From: an uncultured delta proteobacterium
Lineage (GTDB): Bacteria > Desulfobacterota > Binatia > Binatales > Binataceae
Assembly: GCA_963848285.1 (NCBI GenBank)
Contig: CAWKCZ010000003.1
Span: 67 to 64,066, forward strand
Reading direction: 5' to 3'
DNA length: 64,000 nt
Below are positions 53,793 through 64,000 of this stretch, one piece after another; positions within the stretch are counted from its first letter, which is position 1, and the number at the start of each line of letters is the position of its first letter. Below the pieces are notes generated by a model. The model was given only the letters and a program-made list of their open reading frames with translations. It had not been told where the DNA came from and searched no databases. A program made the translations under genes and the position numbers.

Positions 53793-56700
53793 TCCTCGCC
53801 GACCTATGCGTGCGACGGCCCGTGTTCGCCACCATGTTCGTGGGCGTGCTGGTGGTGCTGGGATGGTTTTCCTACGAACGGCTCGGCGTCGACCTATATC
53901 CCAAAGTCGACATGCCGATGGTGATGGTGCTGACCTACTTGCCCGGCTCCGCGCCCGAGGAAACCGAAGCGCGTATCACCAAGCCGCTCGAAGAAGTCAT
54001 CAACACCGTCACCGGCATCGATGAGTTGCGCTCGGTCACGCTGGAAGGCGTGTCGCGCATCATGGTGCAGTTCAAGCTCGATCGCGACGTCAACGCCGGC
54101 GTGCAGGACATCCGCGACAAGATCGCCACCGTCCTCGATCAGCTACCCGACGGCACCAAGCCACCGCTGGTGGGCAAATGGGACATGGACTCGCTGCCCA
54201 TCATCACCTTCACCGTCACCGGCTACCAATCGATGAAGGAGCTGACCGAGATCGGCCGGCGCATGATCAAGGAGCCGCTCGAATCCGTCGATGGGGTCGG
54301 TTCGATCGAAATCGTCGGCGGCCGTGAGCGCGAGGTTCACATCCTGGTCGATGCGGATCGGCTCCGCGCGACCGGGCTTTCGGTGCAACAGGTTTCCAGC
54401 GCCCTCTCGCGGCAGAATGTCGAGTATCCCGGCGGCCGCATGAAGCAGGGCCTGTCGGAGCAGGTGCTCCGCACCCTCGGTCGCATTACCGAAGTTCCCG
54501 ACTTCAACAAGATCATCGTCAGCGAGCAGCAGGGACGGCCGGTGACGATTAACGATGTTGCCACGGTCGAGGACGGCATTAAGGAGCCGCGCTCGCTCTC
54601 CCGATGGGACGGCAAGAACGCGGTCTCGCTGGTGATCCGCAAGCAGTCGGGGACCAACACCATCGAGGTGGTCGATCATATCTTCGAGCGCCTGCACACC
54701 ATCCAGGATGCGCTGCCACCCGGAGTCAACGTGATCGCCTCGCGCGATTCGTCGGAGTACATCCGCGAGTCGGTGCACACCGTCCAGGAGCATCTGGTGC
54801 TGGGCGGCATCTGCGCCGCGATCGTGGTGTTCTTCTTCCTCGGCTCGTTGCGCTCGACGCTGATTGCGGCGGTCGCGATCCCGGTTTCGATCGTCTCGAC
54901 CTACACGCTGCTTTTGTGGATGGGCTTTACGCTCAACACGCTCTCGCTGCTGGCGCTCACACTCGCGGTCGGCATCGTCATCGATGACGCGATCGTGGTG
55001 CTGGAAAACATCTTCAGATTCATCGAAGAAAAAGGCATGAGCCCGATGGCCGCGGCGAAGGCTGCGACGGCCGAAGTCGGCCTCGCAGTGAGCGCGACCA
55101 CGCTTTCACTGGTAGTCATCTTCGTGCCGGTCGCTTTCATCCATAGCGTAACCGGCCGCTTCCTCAACACCTTCGGCCTCACGATGGCGTTTTCCATCAT
55201 GGTGTCGCTGCTGGTCGCGTTCACCCTGACCCCGATGCTGTGCTCGCGCTTCCTCAAGCATACCAAGGCGGAGCGCACCTCGAAGGATTCATGGTTCTTC
55301 GGTGGCATCGAGCGCGTCTATGAGCGCGCACTCAACTGGTCGCTCGATCATCGCTGGGTGATCATGACCATCGCGGGCGCGCTGGTGGCGATGATTCCGA
55401 TCCTCGGCAAGATCGTCGGCGCCAACTTCATGCCGCCCGAGGACTCCAGCGAGTTCGCCATCAACCTGCGCACGCCGCCGGGCTACTCGCTTGCGCATAC
55501 CGATGCGGTGGTGCGCGCGATGGAAGAGCGCATCCGCGCGATTCCCGAAGTGCGCCACATGTTCACCACCGTCGGCGATACGACGGGCGCGGGAAATGTG
55601 ACCGTCGCCCAAATCGTCGCGAAACTCTCGCCAGTCAACCAACGTAAACGTTCGCAGCAGGACGTGATGGCCGACGCGCGCAAGATGGTCGCTGGATTCC
55701 CGGCGATGCGCGTTAGCGTGGATGACATCAAGCCATGGGAGCAGGGCGGCTTTCGCGAGGTTGACGTCGAGTACGACGTGCGCGGCCCCGACCTCGACAA
55801 GCTGCAATCGATCATCGCGCAGTTGCGCGCCAAGGTGCAGCACATCCCTGGCGTCCTCGATATCGATTCGACATACGAGGCAGGGTTGCCCGAGCTCCAG
55901 GTGAAGATCGATCGCCAGAAGGCCGCCGATGTCGGCGTGTCGGTTTCGGATATCGCCGCGACCATCCGCACCATGGTGCAGGGCGACGTCGTCACGCGCT
56001 TCCGCGAAGGGCAGGACACCTACGACGTTCGGCTCCAGCTCAACGAAAAGGATCGCAACGATCCCCTGATTGTCGCCGGCCTGATGGTTCCGTCGAGCTC
56101 GGTCGGCCAGGTGCGCCTCGATAACGTCGCGTCGCTGGTGACCGGAACGGGGCCGGTGGAAATCGATCGGCAGTCGCGGCAGCGCCAGATCGGATTGGCC
56201 TTCAACCTCGCGCCCGGCAGCCAGATGAACGAAATCATCAAGACGGTTGGCGCGGCCGCGAAAACGATCGACATTCCGCCCGGCTATACGACCGCGTTTG
56301 GCGGGCAGAGCAAAATGTTCGGCGAGATGGTCGGCGGTTTCATCATCGCGTTCGGACTCTCGATCATCTTTATGTACATGGTGCTGGCGGCGCAGTTCGA
56401 AAGCTTCACGCATCCGATCACCATCATGTTGTCGTTGCCGCTCGCGGTGCCGTTCGCGCTGGTGTCGCTGATGTTCTTCAACCAGCAGATGTCGATGTTC
56501 TCGATCCTCGGCATCCTGCTGCTGTTCGGCATCGTCAAGAAAAATTCCATCCTGCAAGTTGATCAGACCATCAACCTGCGCAACCAGGGCATGGAGCGTC
56601 GCAAGGCGATCCTGCAGGCGAACCGCGAGCGGCTGCGTCCCATCCTGATGACCACCGCGGCGCTCGTGGCCGGCATGATTCCGGTTGCGTTCGGACGCGG

Positions 56701-56920
56701 AGCGGGTTCGGGCGAGCAGCGCGGCATCGCGATCGTCGTCATCGGTGGGCAGACGTTATGCCTCGTCATCACGCTGCTCATCACGCCGGTCGCGTATTCG
56801 CTCTTCGATGACTTGGAGACTTGGTGGTCACACGCGGTGCTGCGCAAGCGTCCGCAGCCGCAGCTCAAGCTGGTCGAGCCCGCCGACGAAGACGAAGCCT
56901 CGCGCCAGGCCGTCGACTGA
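53789..56920 (+). CDS. RND efflux permease (AcrB/HAE1-like)
   Basis: 1043 aa; RRPVFA, GIVIDDAIVVLENI, RLRPILMTT. Confidence 0.96.
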   Translation: MILADLCVRRPVFATMFVGVLVVLGWFSYERLGVDLYPKVDMPMVMVLTYLPGSAPEETEARITKPLEEVINTVTGIDELRSVTLEGVSRIMVQFKLDRDVNAGVQDIRDKIATVLDQLPDGTKPPLVGKWDMDSLPIITFTVTGYQSMKELTEIGRRMIKEPLESVDGVGSIEIVGGREREVHILVDADRLRATGLSVQQVSSALSRQNVEYPGGRMKQGLSEQVLRTLGRITEVPDFNKIIVSEQQGRPVTINDVATVEDGIKEPRSLSRWDGKNAVSLVIRKQSGTNTIEVVDHIFERLHTIQDALPPGVNVIASRDSSEYIRESVHTVQEHLVLGGICAAIVVFFFLGSLRSTLIAAVAIPVSIVSTYTLLLWMGFTLNTLSLLALTLAVGIVIDDAIVVLENIFRFIEEKGMSPMAAAKAATAEVGLAVSATTLSLVVIFVPVAFIHSVTGRFLNTFGLTMAFSIMVSLLVAFTLTPMLCSRFLKHTKAERTSKDSWFFGGIERVYERALNWSLDHRWVIMTIAGALVAMIPILGKIVGANFMPPEDSSEFAINLRTPPGYSLAHTDAVVRAMEERIRAIPEVRHMFTTVGDTTGAGNVTVAQIVAKLSPVNQRKRSQQDVMADARKMVAGFPAMRVSVDDIKPWEQGGFREVDVEYDVRGPDLDKLQSIIAQLRAKVQHIPGVLDIDSTYEAGLPELQVKIDRQKAADVGVSVSDIAATIRTMVQGDVVTRFREGQDTYDVRLQLNEKDRNDPLIVAGLMVPSSSVGQVRLDNVASLVTGTGPVEIDRQSRQRQIGLAFNLAPGSQMNEIIKTVGAAAKTIDIPPGYTTAFGGQSKMFGEMVGGFIIAFGLSIIFMYMVLAAQFESFTHPITIMLSLPLAVPFALVSLMFFNQQMSMFSILGILLLFGIVKKNSILQVDQTINLRNQGMERRKAILQANRERLRPILMTTAALVAGMIPVAFGRGAGSGEQRGIAIVVIGGQTLCLVITLLITPVAYSLFDDLETWWSHAVLRKRPQPQLKLVEPADEDEASRQAVD

Positions 56921-56921
56921 T

Positions 56922-58171
56922 TCAGTAGATGACCTTCTGCTCCATCAGCATTTTGATTTCGGCGTCCGAGAGGCCGAGCAGGCCGCCGAAGATTTCGCGA
57001 TTGTGCTCGCCGAGGTCCGGCGGCATCGAGTAGTTCAGCTCCGGCACGTTGCTCATCTCGCACCGGCATGTTGGGCAGGATGCGGCCGCCGACCTCGCGA
57101 TGCTCGAATCTTGCGGAAGAAGCCCCATTCCCACAGATGCGGGTCGTCGTGGATCTCGACGCTGTCGAGCACCGGTCCCGCCGCGACGCCGACGCTCTGT
57201 AGCTCCTTCGCGAGCGCGAGGATGTCGTGACTAGCGCGTCCACTTCGCGAGGTGCGCATCGAGCTCGTCGCTATGCTGCCAGCGGCTGTACTGGTCGGCG
57301 AACTTCGCGTCGCGTGTCCACTCCGGGTTACCCATCGCACCGCATAGCGCTTCCCACTCCGATTGCGTTGCCGACCGCGATCGCGATCCACTTGTCCTCG
57401 CCGGCGCATGTGATAGGTGTTGTGCGGCGCCATCACGTCGTCGCGATTGCCGCGCGCGCGCCGGTCGCGCCCATTCATGAAGTAGTCCATGTACCATTCG
57501 GGCATCTGGCCGATGACGGTCTCGCCCATGCTCGCATCGATCCATTGACCCTCGCCGGTGCGGTTGCGATGGCGCAGCGCCGCGAGCAGATGGAAGGTCA
57601 CCGCGCTCGCGATCGCGTAGTCGGGCCAGGTGCCGCCGGTCTGACGCGGCGGAGGATTCGGATTCGCTCGGATCGGGATAACCTTGCGCATCGAACATGC
57701 CGACGAAGCAGCACGCCATCGGACCCCATCCGACCCACGAGGCGGGCTCGAGGCCGGTCTTTCCGAGCAGCGAAACCGAAATCATTACTGATGTCGTTCT
57801 TGACCGCGCGCACCCGGTCATAAGTGATGCCGAGTTTCTTCGCGGCCGGCGTCGGGAAGCATTCGAGGACGAAATCGCTCTTGCGAATGATCTCGTCGGC
57901 GAGTGCGCGGCCTTTCTCACATGCGAGGTTCAGCGTGATCGCCTTCTTGCCGTAGTTCAGCGCGTGATAGTAGCCGTTGCGGTTCGGCCCCTGCGATGCG
58001 ATCGGCCATGCCCGACGGATTGATGCGCCCAATGTCGATGTAGACCTGCGACTCGATCTTGATCACCTCGGCGCCCATCGTCGCGAGCCACTGCGCGATC
58101 TGCGGCCCATTGATGATCCAGCTGAAGTCGGCGACCCGGATGCCTTCGAGTGGAAGTTTTGCCATCGTCAT
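56922..58171 (-). CDS. CaiB/BaiF class III CoA-transferase (frameshifted)
   Basis: PLEGIRVADF, LATMGAEVIKIE, NYGKK, PPDLGEHN. Confidence 0.88.
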
Positions 58172-58178
58172 GCCTCCT

Positions 58179-59394
58179 TCAGATCACGCCCGCGGCGCGC
58201 ATGCCCTGTTGCTGCGCGAGCGAGTAGCCAAGGCGTCCGAGGATTTCCGCTGTTGTGCTCGCCGAGCATCGGCGCGCGCGTCGAGGATCGGCGGCGTCGC
58301 GGTCATCTTCACCAGCGAGCGCGGATATTCGAAGCTGCCCGCGATCGGATGATCGATTTCGACGAACGCATTGCGCGCGCGCAGATGCGGATGATGCGCG
58401 GCCTGCGCGACCGTGAACACCGGGCCAATCGTCAAGCCCGAGGCGCTGGCCTTCGTTGACGAGGTACTCGGTGTCGTATTTGCCAGGTGCTCGCGGATCA
58501 TCGGACGCAGCACATCGTCGTTCTGCTGCGCGGCCGAGCAGCTTGTCGAAGACCTCGCTCTCGAGGTCTTCGGGATTGTGCAGCAGCGTCCTTGAGCGCC
58601 TCGTAGTGAGCTGTCCGCCGCCCACAGCGTGTAGACGTAGCCGTCCTTGCACGCGCATCGGCTCGAGGCCCGACGCGACGTTGGCCTCGCAACCGGCTGA
58701 AGGGAATTCCTACATAGGTGTAGGCCGCCATCTCGATCTTCGAGGTGCTCGCGATCGCCTGCCAGCACGGCACATCGATCCATTGCCCCTCGCCGGTCTG
58801 CTCGCGATGGAAAACCGCAAACATCGAGGACGCCGCCGCTGCCGTCGCGCCCATCATCTCGGCCTGATGGCCCGGCGCGCGCAGCGGATTCTCGCGCTCC
58901 GCGTCATCGATCATCGTCGGCGTGTTGTAGCCGGTCAGGCTCATCGCGAACTCGATGAGGTCGGTGCCTTTCCAATCGCGATACGGCCCGGTCTGCCCGA
59001 ACGGCGTGATCGAAGTGACAATGAGTCGCGGGTTGAGCGCGTGCAGTCCCTCATAGCCGAGCCCGATGCTGTCGAGATAGCCGGGCGAATGATTCTCGAT
59101 GAGCACATCGGCGCGCGCGATGAGCTTGCGGAAAACCTCGGCGCCCGTAGGGGTTGCGGCATCGAGGGTGAGGCTCTTCTTGCTGGTGTTGAGGTAGAGG
59201 AACGAGCCGCTTTTTTCCGGATGCGGAATGTCGCCGGGAAACGGCGGATGCGCGCGCATCGCGTCGCCGGCGCCGGGCGGCTCGAGCTTGATGACCTCGG
59301 CGCCCATGTCGGCGAACATCTTGCCGCACATCGGTCCGGAGACCATCTGCGCGAACTCAACTACGACCAGATCGTCGAGCGCTCTGTTGGCCAA
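58179..59394 (-). CDS. CaiB/BaiF class III CoA-transferase (frameshifted)
   Basis: FADMGAEVIKLEP, LNTSKKS, SITPFGQTGPY; GGAGGTG RBS before TTG. Confidence 0.88.
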
Positions 59395-59561
59395 GCGACG
59401 CACCTCCCGCCCGAGCAGGGAGCGCAGAATATAGCCCACAAATCGGCGCGCCGTGAAAACGGAAAATTTAACATACCGATCGGTTTGTGTTTTCCGCCAA
59501 AATGGGTAGATATTGTCCAAAGCTCTATAACCCGCGTTCAACTCTCAAATGAGGTGGCCTC

Positions 59562-61276
59562 ATGGCGGAATTCGATTTGGTCATCAAAAACGGAATGATC
59601 GTCGACGGGACCCGCGCGCCGCGTTTCCGCAGCGACATCGGAATCAAGAACGGCCGCATCGCGAAGATCGGCCGCATCGCGCATCACGCAGGGCGCGAAG
59701 GTGGTCGACGCCGACGGGCAGATCGTCGCGCCCGGATTCATCGATCTGCACACCCATTACGATGCGCAGATTTTCTGGGATCCGTATCTGACGATTTCCG
59801 GCTATCACGGCATCACCTCGGTCGTGATCGGCAATTGCGGCTTCGGCTTCGCGCCGGTGCAGCCCAAGGACGTCGAGCGCGCGATGCTCACGATGGTCCG
59901 CACCGAGGCGATTCCGCTGCGCGTCGATGCAGGCCGCGATGACGTTTGACTGGGAGAGCTATCCGCAGTTCATGGACGCGCTCGATCGGCTGCCCAAGGG
60001 CGTCAACCTGCTGCCCTACGTCCCGATGAATCCGCTGATGGGCTACGTCATGGGCATCGAGGAGTCGAAGACCGGGCGTATGCCGACCGACGACGAGCAC
60101 GCGCAGATGCGGCAGCTTGCTGCACGAGGCGATGGATGCGGGTGCGTGCGGATGGTCGGCGCAGCGGCTGATTCCGAACGGACCCAGCCTCGGTGCAGCG
60201 CGACTTCGACGGCTCGCCGATGAACACCGACGTGATGCACGACGAGACCTGCCTCGAGATGGCGCGGGTGCTCGGCGAGCGCGGCGAGGGCTTCCAGGAA
60301 CTGACGCTGGTCGAGCTGGGATCCGAAGAAGGATGCGCGACATTTCGAGAAGCTCGCCGAGGTCAGCGGCCGCCCGATCATGTACGAGGCGGTCGTCACC
60401 AACGATCGCTTCCCGCATCGCCATCGCAACACGATGCAAGTGGCTGGAGCGCTGCCGTCAGAAGGGACTGCCGGTCTACGGACAGGGCGTCACCACCGAT
60501 GCCGGCCTGACCTTCACCTTCGAAGACTGGAACCTGTTCGACGATTCCGATGCGTGGCGCGAAGCCACCACCGGCACCGTCGCCGATCGCACCGAGAAGC
60601 TGGGCGATCCGCGCCGCCGCGCCGCGCTGAAAGCGCAGATGCCGCGCGAGAGCCTGATCACCAACTACTTCGACGAGATCATCATCACCGAGTGCACGCA
60701 AGCCCGAGAACAAGAAGTTCGAAGGCATGACCCTGCGCCTGGCGGCGAAGGAAACCGGCAAGGACATCGGTCGACACGATGCTCGACCTCGCGGCTCCGA
60801 GGATCTCAAGACCGAGTTCTTCGCACCCGCGGTCAACTCGTCCGACCTGATGAAGGAGCTGCTCGACTATCCGTACATCACGTTCGGCGTCTCCGACGGC
60901 GGCGCGCACACCAAGTTCCTGACTGCGGGCCGCTATCCCGACCGAAGGCCTGATTCGCTTCGTGCGCGAGAAGCAGTGGATGTCGCTCGAGGACATCCAC
61001 TGGCGCATGTCGGGTCTGCCGGCGTTCTGCGCCGGCTTCAAGGATCGCGGCTTCCTGCGCGAGGGCGCGCCGGCCGACATCGTGGTCTACAACCTCGACA
61101 AGCTGAAGGTGCTGCCGGTCGAGATCGCGCACGACCTGCCGGGCGACGAATGGCGTCGCGTGCAGCGTGCCGAGGGCTACAGCCACATCATCGTGAACGG
61201 CCAGATCACCTGGGAGGGCGACAAGTTCACGGGCGCGACTCCTGGTAAGGTTTTGCGCCACGGAGCCGCGGCCTAG
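59562..61276 (+). CDS. N-acyl-D-amino-acid deacylase-like amidohydrolase (frameshifted)
   Basis: PGFIDLHTHYD, GNCGFG, SDGGAH, ADIVV, TGATPG. Confidence 0.88.
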
Positions 61277-61308
61277 CGGTCGGACGCCAGTTCAAGTTAG
61301 CAATACAT

Positions 61309-61347
61309 CGTGGCGGATGCCCTCGGGCATCCGCCACGTTTCATTTT
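61309..61347 (+). terminator. Rho-independent terminator
   Basis: 14-bp inverted repeat CGTGGCGGATGCCC/GGGCATCCGCCACG followed by TTTCATTTT. Confidence 0.75.
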
Positions 61348-61364
61348 CGCGTGGAGAAACGCAG

Positions 61365-62541
61365 ATGGAGACTGACCACGTTTCTGCACCGGCCGCTAAA
61401 GATGTGATGGCGGCGGTCGCTCGCGCTGGAACCGGAAATCAAGGCCGCATCCGACTCCGATCGAGGCGGAACGGCGGCTCCCTGACGCGCTCGCGCATCG
61501 CTTGATGGAAGCAGGCGTGTTCCGCATGGGTACTCCGCGCGCGTACGGCGGCGGCGAACTCGATCCGATGAGCCAGGTGCGCGTCGTCGAGGAACTTTCG
61601 CGCATCGAGGGCTCGGTCGGATGGCTCTCGATGATTTCCACGGCCGGCAGTTTCATCCCCGCGTTCCTTGAACCCGCTGCGGCACAGCGCCTGTTCGGCG
61701 CCACTCGAGAGCGTAGTCGCGGGGCAAGTTCGCCCGCCGCAGCGCGCGGATTTGGTCGAGGGCGGCTATCGTTTGAGCGGGACTTATCACTTCGGCAGCG
61801 GATGTCGGCATGCGAGCGTTATCACCGCCGGATGCAACATCTATGAGAATGGCGAGCTGCGCCGCCATGGACGTCATCCGGAATATCGCGTGCTGCTGGT
61901 GCCCGCGTCGAAGAACGACGATTGTCGACGTATGGGATACGACCGGGATGCGCGGTACCGGCAGCAACGACATCGTGCTCGACAACGTCTTCGTGCCGTT
62001 CAGCGACAGCACCACGATGGCGGACAAGCCGGTCACGCGGCGGGTCCGCTGTATGCGATTTCCACCACTCTTTCTCGTTTCGCACGCGGGCGTTCCGCTC
62101 GGCATCGCCCGCAACGCGCTCGACTTCGTCGAAGAGCTAATGCAGCAGAAAAAGGTGGTGTCGAGCGGCCAGCTGATGCGCGAGGATCCGACCTTCCAGG
62201 AAATCATCGCGTCGTGCGAGGCCCAACTCGGCGCCGCGCGCAGCTACGTCTACGCGACGCTCGAGGATTTGTGGGACACGCTCTGCAAAGGTGACAGGCC
62301 GTCACCGCGCCAGCGCGCCGCGTATCGAATGATGATGACCTACGCGCATCAGGCGGCGAAGGACCTTATTTCAAAGCTCTACGATACCGCCGCGACCAGC
62401 GCCATCTTCCGCTCCAGCCGACTCGATCGCGACATGCGCGATATCCTGACCGCCTGTCAACATCGCGTGGTGCATCTCAAGATGTACCGTCCCGCGGGGC
62501 GCCTGCTACTCGGCCTCGATCCCGAAGAGCCGATGTTTTAG
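61365..62541 (+). CDS. Acyl-CoA dehydrogenase-fold flavin-dependent monooxygenase, HsaA-like (frameshifted)
   Basis: P..YGG.E, GGYRLSG..HFGSGC, W...GMRGTGSND, LDR..RD. Confidence 0.82.
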
Positions 62542-63446
62542 GAGTGGCAGGCACGGTACGCGCGCGGCGAGATTCCGAATTCGGTGCGGAAGCTGCGGAT
62601 GAAGTTGGACAGATCCTCGAAGCCCACCTCGAGCGCGATTTCAGTAATCGGCGCGCGGCTCAAGACGATTCTCTTCGCGGCCTCGCGCAGGCGGGCGCGC
62701 AAAATCCATTGATGCGGTGTAACGCCCGCCGCGCGCTTGAAGGTGCGCAAAAAATGATATCGGCTGACTCCCGCGATGTTCGCGAGTTTTGCCAGCGGCT
62801 GCGGCTGGTCCAGATTGGCCTCAAGATGGCGCACCACTTGCGCGATGCCAGCGCAGTCGCGAGCCGCGAAACCCTCGGGCGCGCGGCAGGATTCACTTTC
62901 CAACCGCAAAACCGCGCCCGCCATCTCGAATGCGAGCTCTTCGAATGACTCGCGAGCCTTCGAGGTTGCAACTCGCGCGGCGAGCGGCGCCAGCACACGC
63001 AGCGGCGGCACCCGATCGCCGATGAAACGGCCGTGCGAGGCATTCGAGTCGCGCGCAATTTCCTCGAGCAAACCCGGCGCGAATTGAAATGAGAAACAGC
63101 GATCACCTGCTCCGTGCTGATGGGAGCATTCGAAGCTGCGGCCGACGCTACCCAGCACCAACGTGCCCGGCGAGATCAGCGACGATCCGCAATCGCTTCG
63201 ATAGGAGAAAGTCCCGCACATCACCAGGGAGACGGATTCCCAGGCATGCTGTTCCGCGAACGGCTGGTCATGCGGCCCCGCGGTGCAGATGACGTCGAGG
63301 ACCCGCCATCCCTCGCCTTCGGCAACGGGCATCCCGAAGTTCCCCCCTCGCGCCCCATCGCGCTCCTTACACGCGAGCGCGGCCAAGAGAGGGGCGTTTT
63401 GAGGCAGCAATTTTTGCAAAGTTTCCAAGCCGGCGCCGTTGTACAT
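62538..63446 (-). CDS. AraC family regulator (start uncertain)
   Basis: SRYHFLRTFK..G.TPHQ, IALEVGFEDLSNF.R.F. Confidence 0.9.
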   Translation of the reverse strand: MYNGAGLETLQKLLPQNAPLLAALACKERDGARGGNFGMPVAEGEGWRVLDVICTAGPHDQPFAEQHAWESVSLVMCGTFSYRSDCGSSLISPGTLVLGSVGRSFECSHQHGAGDRCFSFQFAPGLLEEIARDSNASHGRFIGDRVPPLRVLAPLAARVATSKARESFEELAFEMAGAVLRLESESCRAPEGFAARDCAGIAQVVRHLEANLDQPQPLAKLANIAGVSRYHFLRTFKRAAGVTPHQWILRARLREAAKRIVLSRAPITEIALEVGFEDLSNFIRSFRTEFGISPRAYRACHS

Positions 63447-63484
63447 TCATCCTCGTACAAACTACCGACAGGAGTCGATGAGTC

Positions 63485-63940
63485 ATGGCCATGGAAGGTG
63501 GATGCTCATGTGGAGCAATTCGCTACAAATTGACCAATAGTCCGCTGATCGTGCATGCGTGCCATTGTCGCGATTGCCAGCGCATCACCGGCGGACCGCA
63601 TGTCATCAACATCTGGATCGAGCGCAAGTTCGTCGAAGCGAAGGGCGCGGAGCCCAAGTCCTTCATGCTCAAGGGCGGCAGCAGCCAGAAGCATGAGGTT
63701 TTCTTTTGCGAGAAGTGCGGCACCTACGTCTGGAGCAAGTACCACATCGCGCCCGGCGACTGCCTGTTCGTGCGTGCGGGCACGCTGGACCAGCCCGACG
63801 CCGTCACCCCCGATGTCCACATCTTCACGCGCAGTAAGCTGCCGTGGGTGCGGCTGCCCGAGGGAGCGCGATCCTTCGACACCATTTACACGGACCTCGC
63901 CAAGGTGTGGCCCGCTGCGAGCGTCAAACGGTTGCGCTGA
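63485..63940 (+). CDS. GFA family Zn-binding protein
   Basis: GGCSCG, CHCRDCQ, FCEKCGT. Confidence 0.9.
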   Translation: MAMEGGCSCGAIRYKLTNSPLIVHACHCRDCQRITGGPHVINIWIERKFVEAKGAEPKSFMLKGGSSQKHEVFFCEKCGTYVWSKYHIAPGDCLFVRAGTLDQPDAVTPDVHIFTRSKLPWVRLPEGARSFDTIYTDLAKVWPAASVKRLR

Positions 63941-64000
63941 CCTGCTCAGCCCGCTGCCTCGGCGATGGCTTCCTTATCGGCCAGCTCATCGAAAAGCCGG

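Noticed and set aside
55289-56557. Long antisense ORFs (also 17164..18063, 36833..37786, 50534..51733, 58456..59598)
   Set aside because: Shadow ORFs of high-GC coding genes on the opposite strand, with no motifs

Overview
High-GC bacterial chromosomal segment. The gene content (F420-type LLM enzyme, paired CaiB CoA-transferases, D-aminoacylase-like amidohydrolase, deltaproteobacterial-style secA/IclR) suggests a soil Binatota/deltaproteobacteria-like organism; this is inference. Most genes, including essential secA, are broken by 1-bp indels, which indicates an unpolished long-read consensus rather than real pseudogenes, so gene coordinates are stitched across frames. I found about 59 CDSs: housekeeping genes (engB, murI, secA, argJ, ruvX, mltG, ATP-dependent ligase, ppk2, etfBA), a MoxR-DUF58-vWA operon, a TetR-RND efflux operon and a catabolic cluster. 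I found no rRNA, tRNA, CRISPR, integrase or transposase. Highlights: (1) an exported three-gene module of a MauG-type (His/Tyr) diheme enzyme, a Tat-exported GEHD metallophosphoesterase with a WxW motif, and a SoxA/TsdA-like His/Cys cytochrome; (2) a sigma54 locus with a non-heme-globin-like enhancer-binding protein, two -24/-12 promoters and an IF1-like Zn-ribbon protein; (3) a nitrosocyanin-like cupredoxin; (4) five families of intergenic repeats, three with compensatory stem changes between copies.
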